Positions 51,400-64,000 of a DNA stretch of 64,000 nucleotides are shown here, in pieces (positions within the stretch are counted from its first letter, which is position 1; every line of letters begins with the position of its first letter). The position numbers and the translations under genes were made by a program. Origin of the DNA: Lingula anatina (Eukaryota > Animalia > Brachiopoda); contig CM120641.1 of assembly GCA_051362555.1 (NCBI GenBank), positions 41,112,401 to 41,176,400 on the forward strand, in the 5' to 3' direction. Under the pieces are notes generated by a model. It saw nothing but the letters and a program-made list of their open reading frames with translations. It made no database searches and was not told the DNA's origin.

Positions 51400-53062
51400 C
51401 AGACTTGACATTTAATATGGAATATTTCAGTTTCGAAGGTATGCCTAGGTAAAAATGCATTCTTTTTTTTATTAAAACTCCGATCTCATATAAGATATGT
51501 GAATGGAGAAGTGTGTAGTCAGGTGTATCGCTTCCAATTAACTGAATACCAGGTTTGTTGCGCTGCTGCATTATGTAATATGCAGTGATTTAATTGGGTA
51601 GTGCTCCTTTGGGCAGGTCAAAGCTTGGCTTTGGCAAAGCATGGTTATGTCAAAAAATTATCCATATGTCGGCAACTACTGCATAGAAGAATTTGAAATT
51701 TTGCATGCAAGTGGTCTGTTTTGCAGTGTGTAAAATTAGCTATGCAGTGCACTGCAAATTTGTCAATCTGTGGCAGAATGGCGCGAAAAAGTCAGATATT
51801 GCCAGACAGATAATTGCGCCAAACGAAACGGTCCGCACAGTTTTATAGAGTAATGCCCAGACTGATGTACCTACACAGAGGCCACACCCAATGTATTGAA
51901 ATCTTACCACCAGGGTACAGGACCCACTGTCCTTCTGGATATGCTGTTGCAACTAAACAAAAACCACCCAGTCCGTTCAGAATGAGGGCTAAATTGCCAC
52001 CAAAACGCATTTTTCAAGGCCCTTAGCGAACACCAAACTGGTTTCAGCTGGTTAGAATACCAGACGACCTCAGGGGAACCCACTGTAAACAGCAAAACAT
52101 CGTTGTATGTTTCTCTAATGAATTGGGGACCTTGACCGTTTCTGAGTTGAACACTGAAACCTCGTGGCTTTCTTAATTGAGGTCAGATTTCACCTGTACC
52201 GCTCAACTAGTCAAAACAGAGTTTACAGACATACAGAAGAGACCAACGACTAAGCGTGTGCCGCGTCTAAAGTGACTAAGGTCATTAACAGCGTCAGTAA
52301 TTGGAGTGGATACCACATTGGTGCCAAAACACCAATGATGGTCATCCACGAAAACCTGAACCAGATCAAATAAAGGAATAATCTGGGAACCACTTGACTA
52401 TCATTTGATAGGGGGCACCTTAGGAACAATTTTAGGTTGCACGGTGAAATAGCCAGTACACACAGAGCACTTTTAATAGCAGATTACTTACAGAACCAAA
52501 GGAATGAGCAGCTATCTTGGTAATCAAAATCGCCATATTTGAACCACATAGACAATATATGGGTAGGCCATTACTCGCCGAATCAATGGCCTACATGTTC
52601 TACAAAAAAACTGGACCAAATTGGACAGATTTTGACCGATGCCTGGAATGTTATTCCAGATTGAACTCTAAAAACCTTACCCAAGGAATGCCTTGCCACT
52701 TGAGAGCGCTGGTAGCAGACAGAAGAGGTCAAGCGTAACAACGACCGTTACTGTGACTAGACACTGACATGGGGGTTCTTTGTGAGGCGTGTAACTCTTT
52801 TACAGAAAATAATTTGGAAAATATGGAGATCCAACATATCTCCTTTAATTATTGTCGTATGACATAGAATAGGCAATTTGTTTTTGTTTGCTTCTCTGGC
52901 GAATCCCATTAATGAACTGATGTCACAATGACATCAAAGAGATAATTAAAAGTTGTTTAAACACGATTTTAATCCTTATTTTCATTTATCAGTCAGCAAA
53001 ATAGGAAAAAAACTGATGAAAAATGATTGGGAAAAAATATTCCATATTAAATGTCAAGTCTG
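51400..53062 (+). mobile_element. Tc1/mariner-family DNA transposon, 1663 bp, with decayed transposase
   Basis: Perfect 28-bp TIRs (CAGACTTGACATTTAATATGGAATATTT at 51400-51427; reverse complement at 53035-53062), flanked by TA within (TA)n runs. Transposase relics: HTH-like GAKKSDIARQIIAPNETVRTVL* (~51780), VCFSNE (~52105, cf. VLFSDE), W*SKSPYLNHIDNIW (~52518, cf. WPSQSPDLNPIENLW), GMPCHLRALVADRRG (~52685, cf. SMPRRLxAVIxAxGG). Confidence 0.92.
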
Positions 53063-53647
53063 TATATATATATATATAATAAAATTAGTTCTAATATAAC
53101 AACATAAATTATAAGTAATACACGATGTCCTCAGAAGTATGTATTATCTTTACCAATATTCGGTATTGCAGTAAACGCTATATTATGATATACGAATGGT
53201 CCATGAAGGTGTGGTCATTTAAAGTCTATACATATATACACTGTATATATGTATATACAGTGTATGTATGTATACATATATACACTGTATGATGATCCAA
53301 CGTTGGAATAAATCTCTCCTTGCTTACGTTTGAAAGCGCGTTGAACACAAATATTTGTTTCTAGCGTCAATAGGGAGGCGAGATCGTGTACACAGTGTGT
53401 TATGACCAGTTGTCTATCTGTTATTTGTATGTACATATTTGTAAAGTCTAATGAACATATTTATATGGAGTTTAGACTCAAAATAAATATATTATTATTA
53501 TTATTAATAGTATTTTCTGTATTAACAGAGTTGTAGTATGTCATAATAAACAGTATTATCTAACTGTTCCAAAGTATTCATCCAATGAACATACTGTTTA
53601 TCAAAATGTTGACTTTGTATTTCCTCCTAGATATCTACAAAAATATA

Positions 53648-53732
53648 TACCGTGAAACAATTTTGAGATTATCATTCAGTTTGCTGACAATGCACACTTA
53701 TACATATATAGCCCGTAAGGCACAGATTCCAA
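53648..53732 (+). repeat. 85-bp direct repeat; second copy at 56612-56696
   Basis: taccgtgaaacaattttgagattatcattcagt...gcccgtaaggcacaga.tccaa, about 81/85 identical by eye. Confidence 0.9.
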
Positions 53733-55638
53733 AAAAAAGTTCACCGAGGGAGAACTGTTTGATAGATTACCGCGGATGGAATTAGACTTGTCATCAGGGC
53801 ATTCATTTGAAAGCGCATGCCTATCAACAATGTAATTATAAAAGAAATATCGACAAATTATGAAATGGAAGAATAAAATTGTAAAGGGGAGCTGATTTGC
53901 ATATACTGCGCACTCTTCAGTGGCAGTGAAGCTTTAAATTGAAATGGCAAGTTGATTTTTGTATCGCTAATGGGAAAGGCGACCAACAAGTGTATGAACA
54001 TTAGTAGGTCTTTTCTGAAGTCACATAATTTCAATAATACTGTCGCTCTTTATTTTTACTAACGCCGTCATTCTGTCAAGAGCCTCTAATGTATATTTTT
54101 CATTTATATTAAATTTCTACATATAGTCAACAATAATGTAGCCTTAATGGCATCGAGAAACATCAAGGTCACATTAAAACAAAGTTACTCTGTACTACAC
54201 GCTTTAGTATCGAAATCGAATCACAGACAAAAAGGACACGCATATTCTATCACGTAGCGTTTACACATCCATTCAAGATCCACTCTAAGTACATAATTGG
54301 CATTTTTATTGTGTATTTCTTGCAGTAAATCTTCTGCACGCTAGCTGGTTGTAAAGAGTTGTTTTATGTGAATCTAATCAAATGCATTGTGCTTGTTTCA
54401 GTTGAAATATTCAAATGAAAGTAGATTACAAAAGACAAGAATTTTAGGAGCAGGTAACATCAGATATTTAAAATGTTGGTGTTATTGTGATAACTGTGAG
54501 AAAGTGGCTTACTTCATTCTCTTTAGTGCTAATTGGAAGTAACAAAAAATTAAAGACTAAAGAAAGATAAGTACATAATTGCCTCTATAAACACTACATA
54601 AATTTCAAGAGTAATATAAACAACGGATGTCTGAACGCTGTCGTTTTCAGCGAGTAAAATTGCCTCTTTCCCAGGACGGTTGAGCTAATATAATTTCCTA
54701 GTGATTAAATGTTGTCATAGAAATAGACTCTAGCTCTCACGAGCCTGTATTGACATAATGTTGCAAATCTAAATGGATGCAAAAGCAAATTATTGATCAT
54801 CTTCAGCGTAAAAATTTCCTAAACCGGCCTTCATTCATTTAAAACGAAAGAACACTGTTAGCAGTGAGAGTAACAAGGGTAGAACAGTTCACGGAACTAC
54901 CGTATCATTCTGTCGGATTGGCGGTAAGAGGCCATTTACCACAAGAGGTAAACAGGTAAGGAATAAAGCTATTCTCATACCAACCATCATGACCACCAGC
55001 AGCCTAGGAAAAACTTCAGGAAGTTTAACTGCACCCAAACTCTTGTATCAGATATTATTATTGTTGTTCTTGGAGAACGAAAAGCCAAGCCTTTCGAAAT
55101 ATAAACAGATGATAGACAATAACATTATTATCTAAAATAAAAGTAAGGAAATATCTTTGGCATTATTGATAAAAGAAAATAGTTTCTCAAGAGACAAAAC
55201 GTGTTTTCTTATGAGGCATTTGCTTTTTTTTTACATCACTATGCATGAGAAAAAGAAAAGCCAGTTTCACATATGGCATCATTGTTTGTTGACAGCTATG
55301 TGCCTATTTTAATTATGGCAGTTAAGATTAGAAGAAGCAACAAGCAATGGAAAATAAACATTAAAAGCAGGTGTCTTATAAAGTTTGGACCCGTCTCCAA
55401 GTTCTCAGTTCTTTTTATTATTCTATATAATTTATGTTTTTAGGAATTGCAATTTGCATCAAACATGGATTTCTTAGTCAATTGTTTATTTTTACAAAGC
55501 AGCATCAAATGCCTGGATAACCTAAGTGTTCTTTAGTCTCCGGTCGGAAGTGAGATATCCGTTAGGATATGAGATATCCGATGGGATATGAAATATCGAT
55601 GCCAATATCTAATGTTATTAACCTTTTCTTTAAGAAAC

Positions 55639-58600
55639 ATGGGCGACTTCAAATTGTCAGAGTTCCAGAAAAAGAAACTGCGACACGTTTTCGATATCTT
55701 TTATGGTAAGTAGCATACCGTTGTTCTCCTTGACCTAAAGTCAGTTCAATCCATTTGGAAGATCAGATCAGATCAACATAACATAAAGACGAAAGTTTTG
55801 AATATGTTTGTTCTGAATATATTTGTATAACCAAAAGCGTTTCTTTTTTAAAGCTGAGTTCAAAGTGAGATACATGGGTGCTTCCATCACTGAGATTCAG
55901 TTAGGTTTTGCACAAGAGTATTTATCTGTATATTAATATACATTCGACCATTATGAATTTCTACAGCGCACAAGTTAGTCGGTCCAGACTTTCTCCGATA
56001 CATTTTGTTTCAAATTCGCCGTGACTTTCATTGGGCTTTTTGCGGCAGTAAGTATGGCAAGGGGCTTCAGTTGGATCGATAAATACTTTATTTTACCGAG
56101 TAACAGACGATGTTCTAGACGACGTGCTGCTTGTTCGTACCCTGGGGGACTTGAAATGGCGAGAACGCTGCCATCGGGTGCATTTAGACAATTAGAAGGG
56201 GTGTTTTTCTCTTTTTCATTGCCTTCTTTTGAAACATCATGAAACGGAAACATAAAAGTCATGCCGTATAATTTTATCCATTCTCCAAGGCATTAACGTT
56301 GACAGAATATTATCTTTTTTATGGTACGTTTAAAGTAAGAGATGCCTGTTCCTACTGAAACAGAATAAAGCAACGAAACATTTGTATGTTGCCAATTAAA
56401 AAGACTTACGGATCCGGGGGGGGGGGGAGGGCGGGGGAGGGGGGGTTCTGACCAGTTCCGATATTGGTATCCTGAATCTGCCACTGCATTATTACTCATC
56501 TACGTTTTCCTTTGCATGTTGCAGATATAAACAAAGATGGTGTCATTGAATGGAAAGATTTCAAAATAGCTATTGAGGTGAGTCATAATACATACGTTTC
56601 TTCGACATGGTTACCGTGAAACAATTTTGAGATTATCATTCAGTGTGCTAGCAATGCACACTTATACATATATAGCCCGTAAGGCACAGAATCCAAGATA
56701 CCAGGGGCACCTAAATAGTATACATAATTACACTGTGTGCCATTGAACATTTTTGTAATAGACTACCAGCGCACCCTGTGGTGAGAGAATAGTTCCACCC
56801 ACTGTGGCGCGCAGCAAACAAGTTTTTGGTAAATAATCTCTGCACGAGGCAATTAAACCATCGCAAATTGTACTGAAACAGGCAACTTGTTTGCTCAAGG
56901 CACTTACAATTTTAGCCACTTTCGAATTCACCAGGTCTATACGCAGTGAATAAGAGTGCCCGTAGTCCATTAATTTGCAATATGTATTTGTCAATTTTCT
57001 TTCTGCAGTGGAGATACATACATTAATTGCAACTGATATAAATTACATGGCTAACTTCAGATGTGGTGTTGTGCCTGTGTTTATCTCAGTCTGACATATA
57101 GTTCTGACATAAAATCGATGGCAAAGTTAATCGGTAATTTTTTTTTTTTTTTTTTTGGGGGGGGGGCGATCGCATGACGAAGTTCTGAGTCTATTACCAA
57201 ATTACACGGTTTCAGACTGCACGCGATCGTGCTGTTTTATTATTGCAGATAACTGTTTTGTATTGAGTGTTAATCTTTTTTTTCTTCAATTCATTTGACA
57301 ACTGTTTTTGTTTAGTCTCCCCATGTTTTGTGACATTCTCTAGGAAGATATTTCAAATGGGGGAAAGTGCACAGAGTAATAGTAACTTTGACCCCTTTCC
57401 AAACTGTGTATAAAGAACTTATAGAGGATAAACAAATAACAAAAAAGTTTAATGTCAGGATCCGGAAATATTTTGAAGATTACTCTCGAAAATCATATTA
57501 CTTTCGTAATGCATACGACAATTATTTTTTGCATTTAGGAGATTTAGCTTATAAAGTATTAATCTTTAATCTAGGCACCATTCATTCAGTATTGTAAATC
57601 CAGATTTCACGTTAACAAAAATGTTTGCAAATTGATATTTGCCAAAATTGATCATTAATTTTTATCACTATTTTTTGTTTGATAAAGAGCTGTGATATTC
57701 TCCACGGACATTTCATGTACAGTCCTTATATGTGACAAAGAAAGAAAACGTTTTTAGAATACCTCAGAAATAGGTTTACGAGCCAACTGACAATATAAGT
57801 CCACTGGTTCAAACTGGGTTCCCAGGGCTCTTTGGCATCTCAAAGCCCCAGTGTAAAGGCAAATTACCCCATGGTTACGCGAGTCAGACCATAACCAGCA
57901 AACGTCGATCCCTCACTGATCAAGGGCCTTATAAACCCGTTACAAAGCGCGAACCAAAGATTAAAAACGACGCTTCAGATTTATTAGGTGATTAAAGCAA
58001 ATTAAAGGGGATATAAAGCTGATGACGATGTATTAATTTCGCCACTTGAATACACCTCATATAAAAAGGTGTTTGCGACTACTCAATTGCTTATTTGGAA
58101 CCGCTTTAAACATTATTCCTTGATTATGGGATCAATAAACATGTCACACGCGTACGACGAGATACTTATTTCTTTTTATGTTTCTATATGGCAACGTGGA
58201 TTGGGAAATTGTGAACGCTACTGGGAGCACAAATCCAGGCAGTTTCACTTAATACCGATATGCAGATATCCACTTTTCTTAATGTTAAGGGGCATCAATT
58301 TAAACAAATCTAATCCCATCAGTAACAGCTATGAATACTAATAAGAAAACGATTTTATTTTATCTAGCTCACATCTCTCCCCTCCGGAATATACAACTAT
58401 TCATCGAAAAAGATTTGTATTTTGCTTCTCCTGAATTATTAAAACAAAACGACCAGGAACAATATTAATTGTGCCATATGTGCTTGTCATGCCAGACTGA
58501 TATTCAAATTAGAATTATTTCAAAATATAATGCGGTTTTGGAGTCAAACCTCTGTATGATATATTTTATTTATTCGCTTTAGAAAATCTGCGATTTGCAT

Positions 58601-58693
58601 GGCTGGCCCCAAGGAAGAGAGAAACACACGACCGCAACAGAGACAATGCAGGAGATCTGGAAGGCTCTCCTCAAATATGCAGACAAAAACAAG
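55639..58693 (+). CDS. Calexcitin / sarcoplasmic calcium-binding-protein family EF-hand protein, 5' part. Exons 55639-55705, 56525-56577, 58583-58693; the gene continues beyond the window.
   Basis: The spliced translation is MGDFKLSEFQKKKLRHVFDIFY|DINKDGVIEWKDFKIAIE|KICDLHGWPQGREKHTTATETMQEIWKALLKYADKNK. It closely resembles the squid calexcitin N-terminus (LSDFQ..K...F..FYD.N.DGVIEW.DF..AI.KIC.LH.WP). Phases are consistent and junctions are GT-AG. No further exon was recognised before 64000. Confidence 0.9.
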
Positions 58694-58931
58694 GTATGCT
58701 TATGTTTTTATGGTATGGTGACAACCGATTGTTTCATGTTGCTTTTATCATGATCTGGGTTCTGAGGTGTAAAATGACAAGTATTTCAGGGCCGTAGCCT
58801 GCTTGGGGGGGGGGGGGGGGGGGGAGGGGAGTTGCCATCACACAGATTTTTAAAAGAAAATTAAATCTTTACAAACGGTAAGCGTTTCCTTTCCTTCGAG
58901 TCCATCAAAAGAGTATATCTTTTTTCTTTTA

Positions 58932-59186
58932 GGGGGCGATCAGAATGAGTAAGTGCGCGGTAGCTAGTGCGTACTAACTCCACAGAGACTCTAGCTGACT
59001 GCAATCAATTAACAGATTAACACGCCCCCTTCTGGCATTGAATGGAATGCAGAGAAGCTGGTGCTTTAACGAGTGCGTTGGAAACAAAAGGTGACGTGCT
59101 AGTCCGTTTATCTGTTGCATTCAGCGATCGTTCCCTTGGAGTTAGTGCGCACTAGCTAGGCCGACCAAACTCATCGGAACAGCCTC
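58932..59186. mobile_element. MITE with TTA target-site duplication
   Basis: TTA|GGGGGCGATCAGAATGAGT...ACTCATCGGAACAGCCTC|TTA. Subterminal inverted repeat tagctagtgcgtactaactcca / tggagttagtgcgcactagcta matches at 21 of 22 positions. Confidence 0.75.
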
Positions 59187-60416
59187 TTAGTCAACGTCTA
59201 GATGAATACCACAGGCGGTACAAATAACCTGCTTGCATGTTTTGTAGGACTGTCCATTCACGTGTTTTTCTCAGCCTACCGTCCAGTATAATGACAGCTG
59301 AAACACAAGACAAACCCAAAAAGCGCGTAAAACGAAGCTAAGTTGGGAACTGCGGTCATCACTGCCACGGGTGCGCTAAAACGCACACTAAAATGAATTG
59401 CGATGTCTTTTTTTTTTTGGGGGGGGGGGGGGATTCAACAAAAGCAGGTATTTAATAGTGCTGTTGGCATTGCATATTTCTATTTACCGCGTGAAAGTGA
59501 ATTTCCCAGTAATAGTGCGTTTAATACCAGAAACGCCGAAAGTAGTATTATAACTACGACGAGGTTCTGGAGTCTTGAATCATTTATTCACCACTCACTT
59601 TTCATACAATTTTACCCATATTTATACTCTAATTCTCCGTTCTGATCACGCGTGTAATTATGTTCTTTTTATTGTTTATGGCGTGATTTCCAGAAACTTT
59701 CCATTTTTATTTTGACTTTACCATAGAACATTCCCTTATTAGGCAATGTCTAAGAGCCTTGTTTTCAACTAAACTTATCAAAAATACTATTTGCATTACT
59801 CATACTTGAATCATGTCCAAAACTCAGTTATCATGCGATAAACAGTTGATCAAAATTAAAATCTGTTATGAAATTAACCAATCATATTAAATGTTATTGA
59901 TTTTGACCTATTCCATATTTTTCTGACACTAAAAACATGTTCTACACTTGTTGACTCTTGATGAAACTTAATTTACACTCAATATCACTCTAACTTTTCA
60001 TCTATTTGATTTCCCTTTTATTACTAATTGTAATTAGCGTAAGCCTAAGTAATTAACTTTACAACAGTAGTATAACGCCTTCTACATACATGTTGCGTAA
60101 ATGGAGTTCATAAATTTTCCATCAAATGTTGAACATATGGTTTTGTGGCAATTTGCATCGTCCACTCGAATTTCTTCGTTAAAATTTCAATATATTCCGT
60201 CTGAGAGATTATCTTGTCCTTGAAATTTATAAATAGTCCTAAAGAAGAGGGCGAATCATACAATTTAGCTGCTATCTAAAAAACCCTGTGCTATATATCT
60301 GACCTGAACGATTCTTTATGATTATCCCTTATCATCCCCACTTGAAATGTATCCGACAACACGTGTTAGGCCATAAAAATTATCTCCCTCACTAAGCGAG
60401 GGGTGTATTAATTTTA

Positions 60417-60626
60417 GGGCAAATTCCCAACGAAACTATCGATCTACGTAGATCGTCCCAACTCCAGGGGACTCTCGCTGAATGCAATGAGAATAACACG
60501 TGGGAAGAATACAGAAAAAGTATGGCGTTGGGAAGATTACAAAAAAGCTGGGTGTGATTATACGAATACATTGGAAACAAGAGGTAGCGATCTACGTAGT
60601 ACGGTAGTTTCATGGGGTATGAGCCC
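60417..60626. mobile_element. MITE with TTA target-site duplication (PIF/Harbinger-like), related to the same family
   Basis: TTA|GGGCAAATTCCC...GGGGTATGAGCCC|TTA, with internal cgatctacgtag near both ends and ggactctcgctgaatgc. Confidence 0.7.
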
Positions 60627-60837
60627 TTACAGTATGACAAAGCACATGCAGTGTGGTGATTGTGTCTGGACCTGCTCTGCAGCAGAACTGATAGATACGC
60701 GTTCAACTGAAAAACCTTCTTCGACAGAGAGTAGAATTCTCTGGACACCTAAAAAAGTCAAAATTGGAAAACAAAGATGATCCTGTTCAACCCAGTAAGT
60801 GTTTTTAGTGGAACTGAATCGGAGAGAAATCCAGCGA

Positions 60838-60878
60838 TCTCTCTCTCTCTTTCTCTCACTCTCTCTCTCTCTCTCTCT
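60838..60878. repeat. (CT)n microsatellite
   Basis: Read directly from the sequence. Confidence 0.9.
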
Positions 60879-61768
60879 ATGCAAAACGCAGTGGACTGAA
60901 GCATTCAAATATTGCTACGTACACTAAAATCACTACATAACTATCTCGTTGGCCTTTTCTTGCACTAATGCAAAATTGTTGTCAACTAACGCGAAAGCAG
61001 AGTCAAGATCGCAAGGTCAATCTACATGCTGTGTAATGCAGTAAGTAAAAAGGATTCTGTTATGCTTGCCAGATAATATGAATCAACGAGGAATATGTTT
61101 TTTACAGACTCTAAATGAATACCTTTTTTGCCGCCTTTGTGATATCACTGTTGGTGTTTTATAACCTACTCCGTCTGTGTGGCAGCGGGCTCTGAAATGA
61201 GATTCCTTTTAATTGTAGTTTCATAAAAATTATATTTTATTGATGGTGAGGCGAGTCGGTTAGCTTGAAATTGCAGAGCGAACAGCGCTGTCTGAACTCT
61301 TAACATATCATCACTGTGCACTTCATCTTTACTTCAATCATAACGGACCTTATGCCATTGCCACTTACTTAAGATGGCTTATTAAAATGTCTTCCGAACA
61401 TACACCGAAATAACATCTGAACCCACTTTATAAATTCAGACCTGAGAAAAAAAAGGCAGATGAGAGCGTGCAGTAGAAGATGAATGATAAATATTCATTG
61501 TAGTTTCTCCTGTGTTTTGTTGCTCTTCGTCTCTTGGTTCGGATCCCGTCTCCAAGGCAACAGGTCGATCATCTGTTTCCAGCGGCGATATGTCCCTGTC
61601 GTGTTATCACTGCGGGTATCGATCGTTATTTCTCAGGATTTAGACTTTGCGGAACTTTGTGAAGATTAATGAACACCAGCACGAAAGCTAGATTTTTAAG
61701 GCTCTATCCGCTGAAGTGTCATAGCAGCCTTGTCATTTTAATTCAGTGCAAGATTAGTGCATGTGCCC

Positions 61769-61801
61769 GTGTGTGTGTGTGTGTGTTTGTGTGTGTGTGT
61801 G

Positions 61802-61832
<31 letters not shown>
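61769..61832. repeat. (GT)n(GA)n compound microsatellite
   Basis: Read directly from the sequence. Confidence 0.9.
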
Positions 61833-61833
<1 letters not shown>

Positions 61834-63112
61834 CTTGTACGGAGGACTGACAATTGCTTTAGGTTAAAAGAGGGGATATTTTGTGTCAAATCAAACAGAG
61901 CTGTGACATTGATAAGCGGTATATGATTAAGAAATGTCTAAGAAATGTCCAGATTGAACCATAAAACAAGAGTTTGAAAAACATTGAAATACGCGATGAG
62001 GATTTTTAGCTCAATACATATACTTGACTCAATGCACATCCTGCCAAACACAGTGTCATTTTTGACAATGCAATTACAAATAGATTGTAATTTAATTATG
62101 GTGAATCCATTTTCAGTTTTGGTCCTGTTTGAACAAGTAACAAATAAGTAGACAGTTTGGTATTTAAATCCAACTAAGAACACACATTCCTTTATATGTG
62201 GTGAGAAAAAAATATACAGATAGATGAGACAAATTTTGGAATTAGAGTAAAATTGGCCGAACACCTTCACATATAAGGTGCAAATTAAAACAAACAAACA
62301 AACAAACAAACAAAAAATAAATAAAATAAAAATAAATAAATTCCACAGAGTTGACACCTGCTGCTGGAAATGTTTAACTTGCGAAGGAAAACTGTTAATT
62401 ATTTAGGCATAGATACTCACCAACTGGTAACGGGTTTTGTTCTATCAATTGAATTGCCTTGTAAGCCAATTTCTCGATTTAACAGAGTTTCTCTCAATCA
62501 ATATTAGTCACCTAGCTCTGGCAATTCTACATTTACTTTCACGCTTTGGGAAAGAAAAAATGAATCTTCGAACCGCGGCAGCCAAAAGAAATTCCTAGGG
62601 TATTCGGTTGGACTGAAAACAACACCATGATAATACATGTATAAATGTTTCGGAAACCTTTCGATGCTCCAAATATTTACACTTATTCAATGATGCGGAG
62701 AATTTTTCTAATCATTGTGAAAATTGTATGGGATTAGAATCGAATGTGGCCCATCAGGAAATGGCACATTTTTATCTCCTTGAGGAATTTGCACTGAGTT
62801 TAGCATCCATGGAGCAAAGTGCTTTCTACTTTTAACCAATTTCACAGCCAATGTAGCAATGCAAGCTGACATATTTATCAATACTTGATACAGCTTCTAC
62901 GACCCAGAGTAACGTTTTTATCTGATACATTTGACACGCCATTTCAAGCAACATCGCGAGTATATAGTGTCCAGAGACCTCTAGTGGTAAAATATGCTGG
63001 GTGCAGGAGACAGTTCCCTATAGCAAAGACCAACAAAAATCCCTTACTAGAACTTGCCGTCTCCTCGCTGAGGACATGATATTTGGAGAATGAAGCAGAA
63101 AGTAAAGTCCTG

Positions 63113-63262
63113 GGCCCGTAACTCGAAAGCATCGCGCATTGCGACCGAGCGCAAGCGTCTCGATTCCATAACTCGCCCATACTCGCCCCATCCCAAATGG
63201 GGGTTACGGAATCGAGACTCTTGCGCTCGGTCGCAATGCGCGATGCTTTGAGTTACAGGGTC
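63113..63262. mobile_element. Young foldback MITE with CTG target-site duplication
   Basis: Near-perfect ~60-bp inverted arms (gtaactcgaaagcatcgcgcattgcgaccgagcgcaagcgtctcgattccataac versus its reverse complement), flanked by CTG at 63110-63112 and 63263-63265. Confidence 0.85.
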
Positions 63263-64000
63263 CTGGACATGGTTGTTGTGGATGATAATTCTCAGCGCCA
63301 CCTATATGTCGATACTTGGGTTGTGTACTCACCGGGGAGGTGAGGTCGATTCAGGATTAAACATATTCATAATGGCCAAGCGTAAAATTGTAAAATCCGG
63401 CTGATTTTGGTTATCTTGGATAACGTTTCATGTTTAGCATAGATTTTACCCATTCACAATGTTTCCAGCGAAATATTTTAATAAATCGTAACAACGAATC
63501 TAAACTCGACCAGAGTGAACACATGAATACCATTTAGTAAGTGTGAAGAAACTTTCGTAACCAGCGGTTTTTAAGAATTGTATAAAATGCATTAAGATTA
63601 AGGTTTAGTTAATGCACAGTTACATAGAGATGGTTCAGTAGAAACACATGTAATATGTTAGCACTACAGACTGCCAGCCCTAATACAAAATACATATACA
63701 AGTGATATTCATTAAAATATCCATCAAATACAACTAGCAGTAATACTTAAAACCCGCAATAACAGAAGCTTTTAAAGTCATAATAACTCTTCATTTTGGC
63801 CAAAAATTGGATTTTCCTGGAGTAAACGGCAATTTTCCCGTACTTACCAATGGTCAGCGACCCCATTCCTGCATTCAAAGTTAATCCAGGGTTTTTTTCC
63901 TAAACGTACGGTTTTTTGTTAAAATCTCTTAAGAGATTTTAACTGACGGAGCTCTCTCTGACATCGCATAGTCACTGTTGACCTACTTAAAACCGCGGGA

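Noticed and set aside
55975-56262. Overlapping ORFs on both strands inside a calexcitin intron
   Set aside because: No recognisable domain and no compatible splice sites.

Overview
AT-rich, intron-rich metazoan genomic DNA, probably a lophotrochozoan or mollusc-like invertebrate (inferred from gene content). Six spliced genes can be rebuilt by hand from GT-AG junctions that keep the reading frame. They are: a divergent calmodulin paralogue (+, ~5.0-10.4 kb); SMU1 (-, 13 exons, 513 aa); gamma-glutamyl hydrolase (-, 9 exons, 322 aa); a flavin-containing monooxygenase (+, 7 exons, 555 aa); SAC3D1 (-, 8 exons, ~352 aa); and the 5' part of a calexcitin-like EF-hand gene (+, continues past the window). 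Between and inside these genes lie a 1,663-bp Tc1/mariner element with perfect 28-bp TIRs but a decayed transposase, several foldback MITEs, dispersed repeats and microsatellites. The most unusual signal is in the calmodulin gene. The codon for the position-12 Ca2+ ligand of EF-hand 4 (E140) is split by the last intron, and three candidate terminal exons would complete it as Val, Asp or Glu. This suggests a splice switch that tunes or disables one Ca2+ site. All coordinates were read by eye and no database searches were run.
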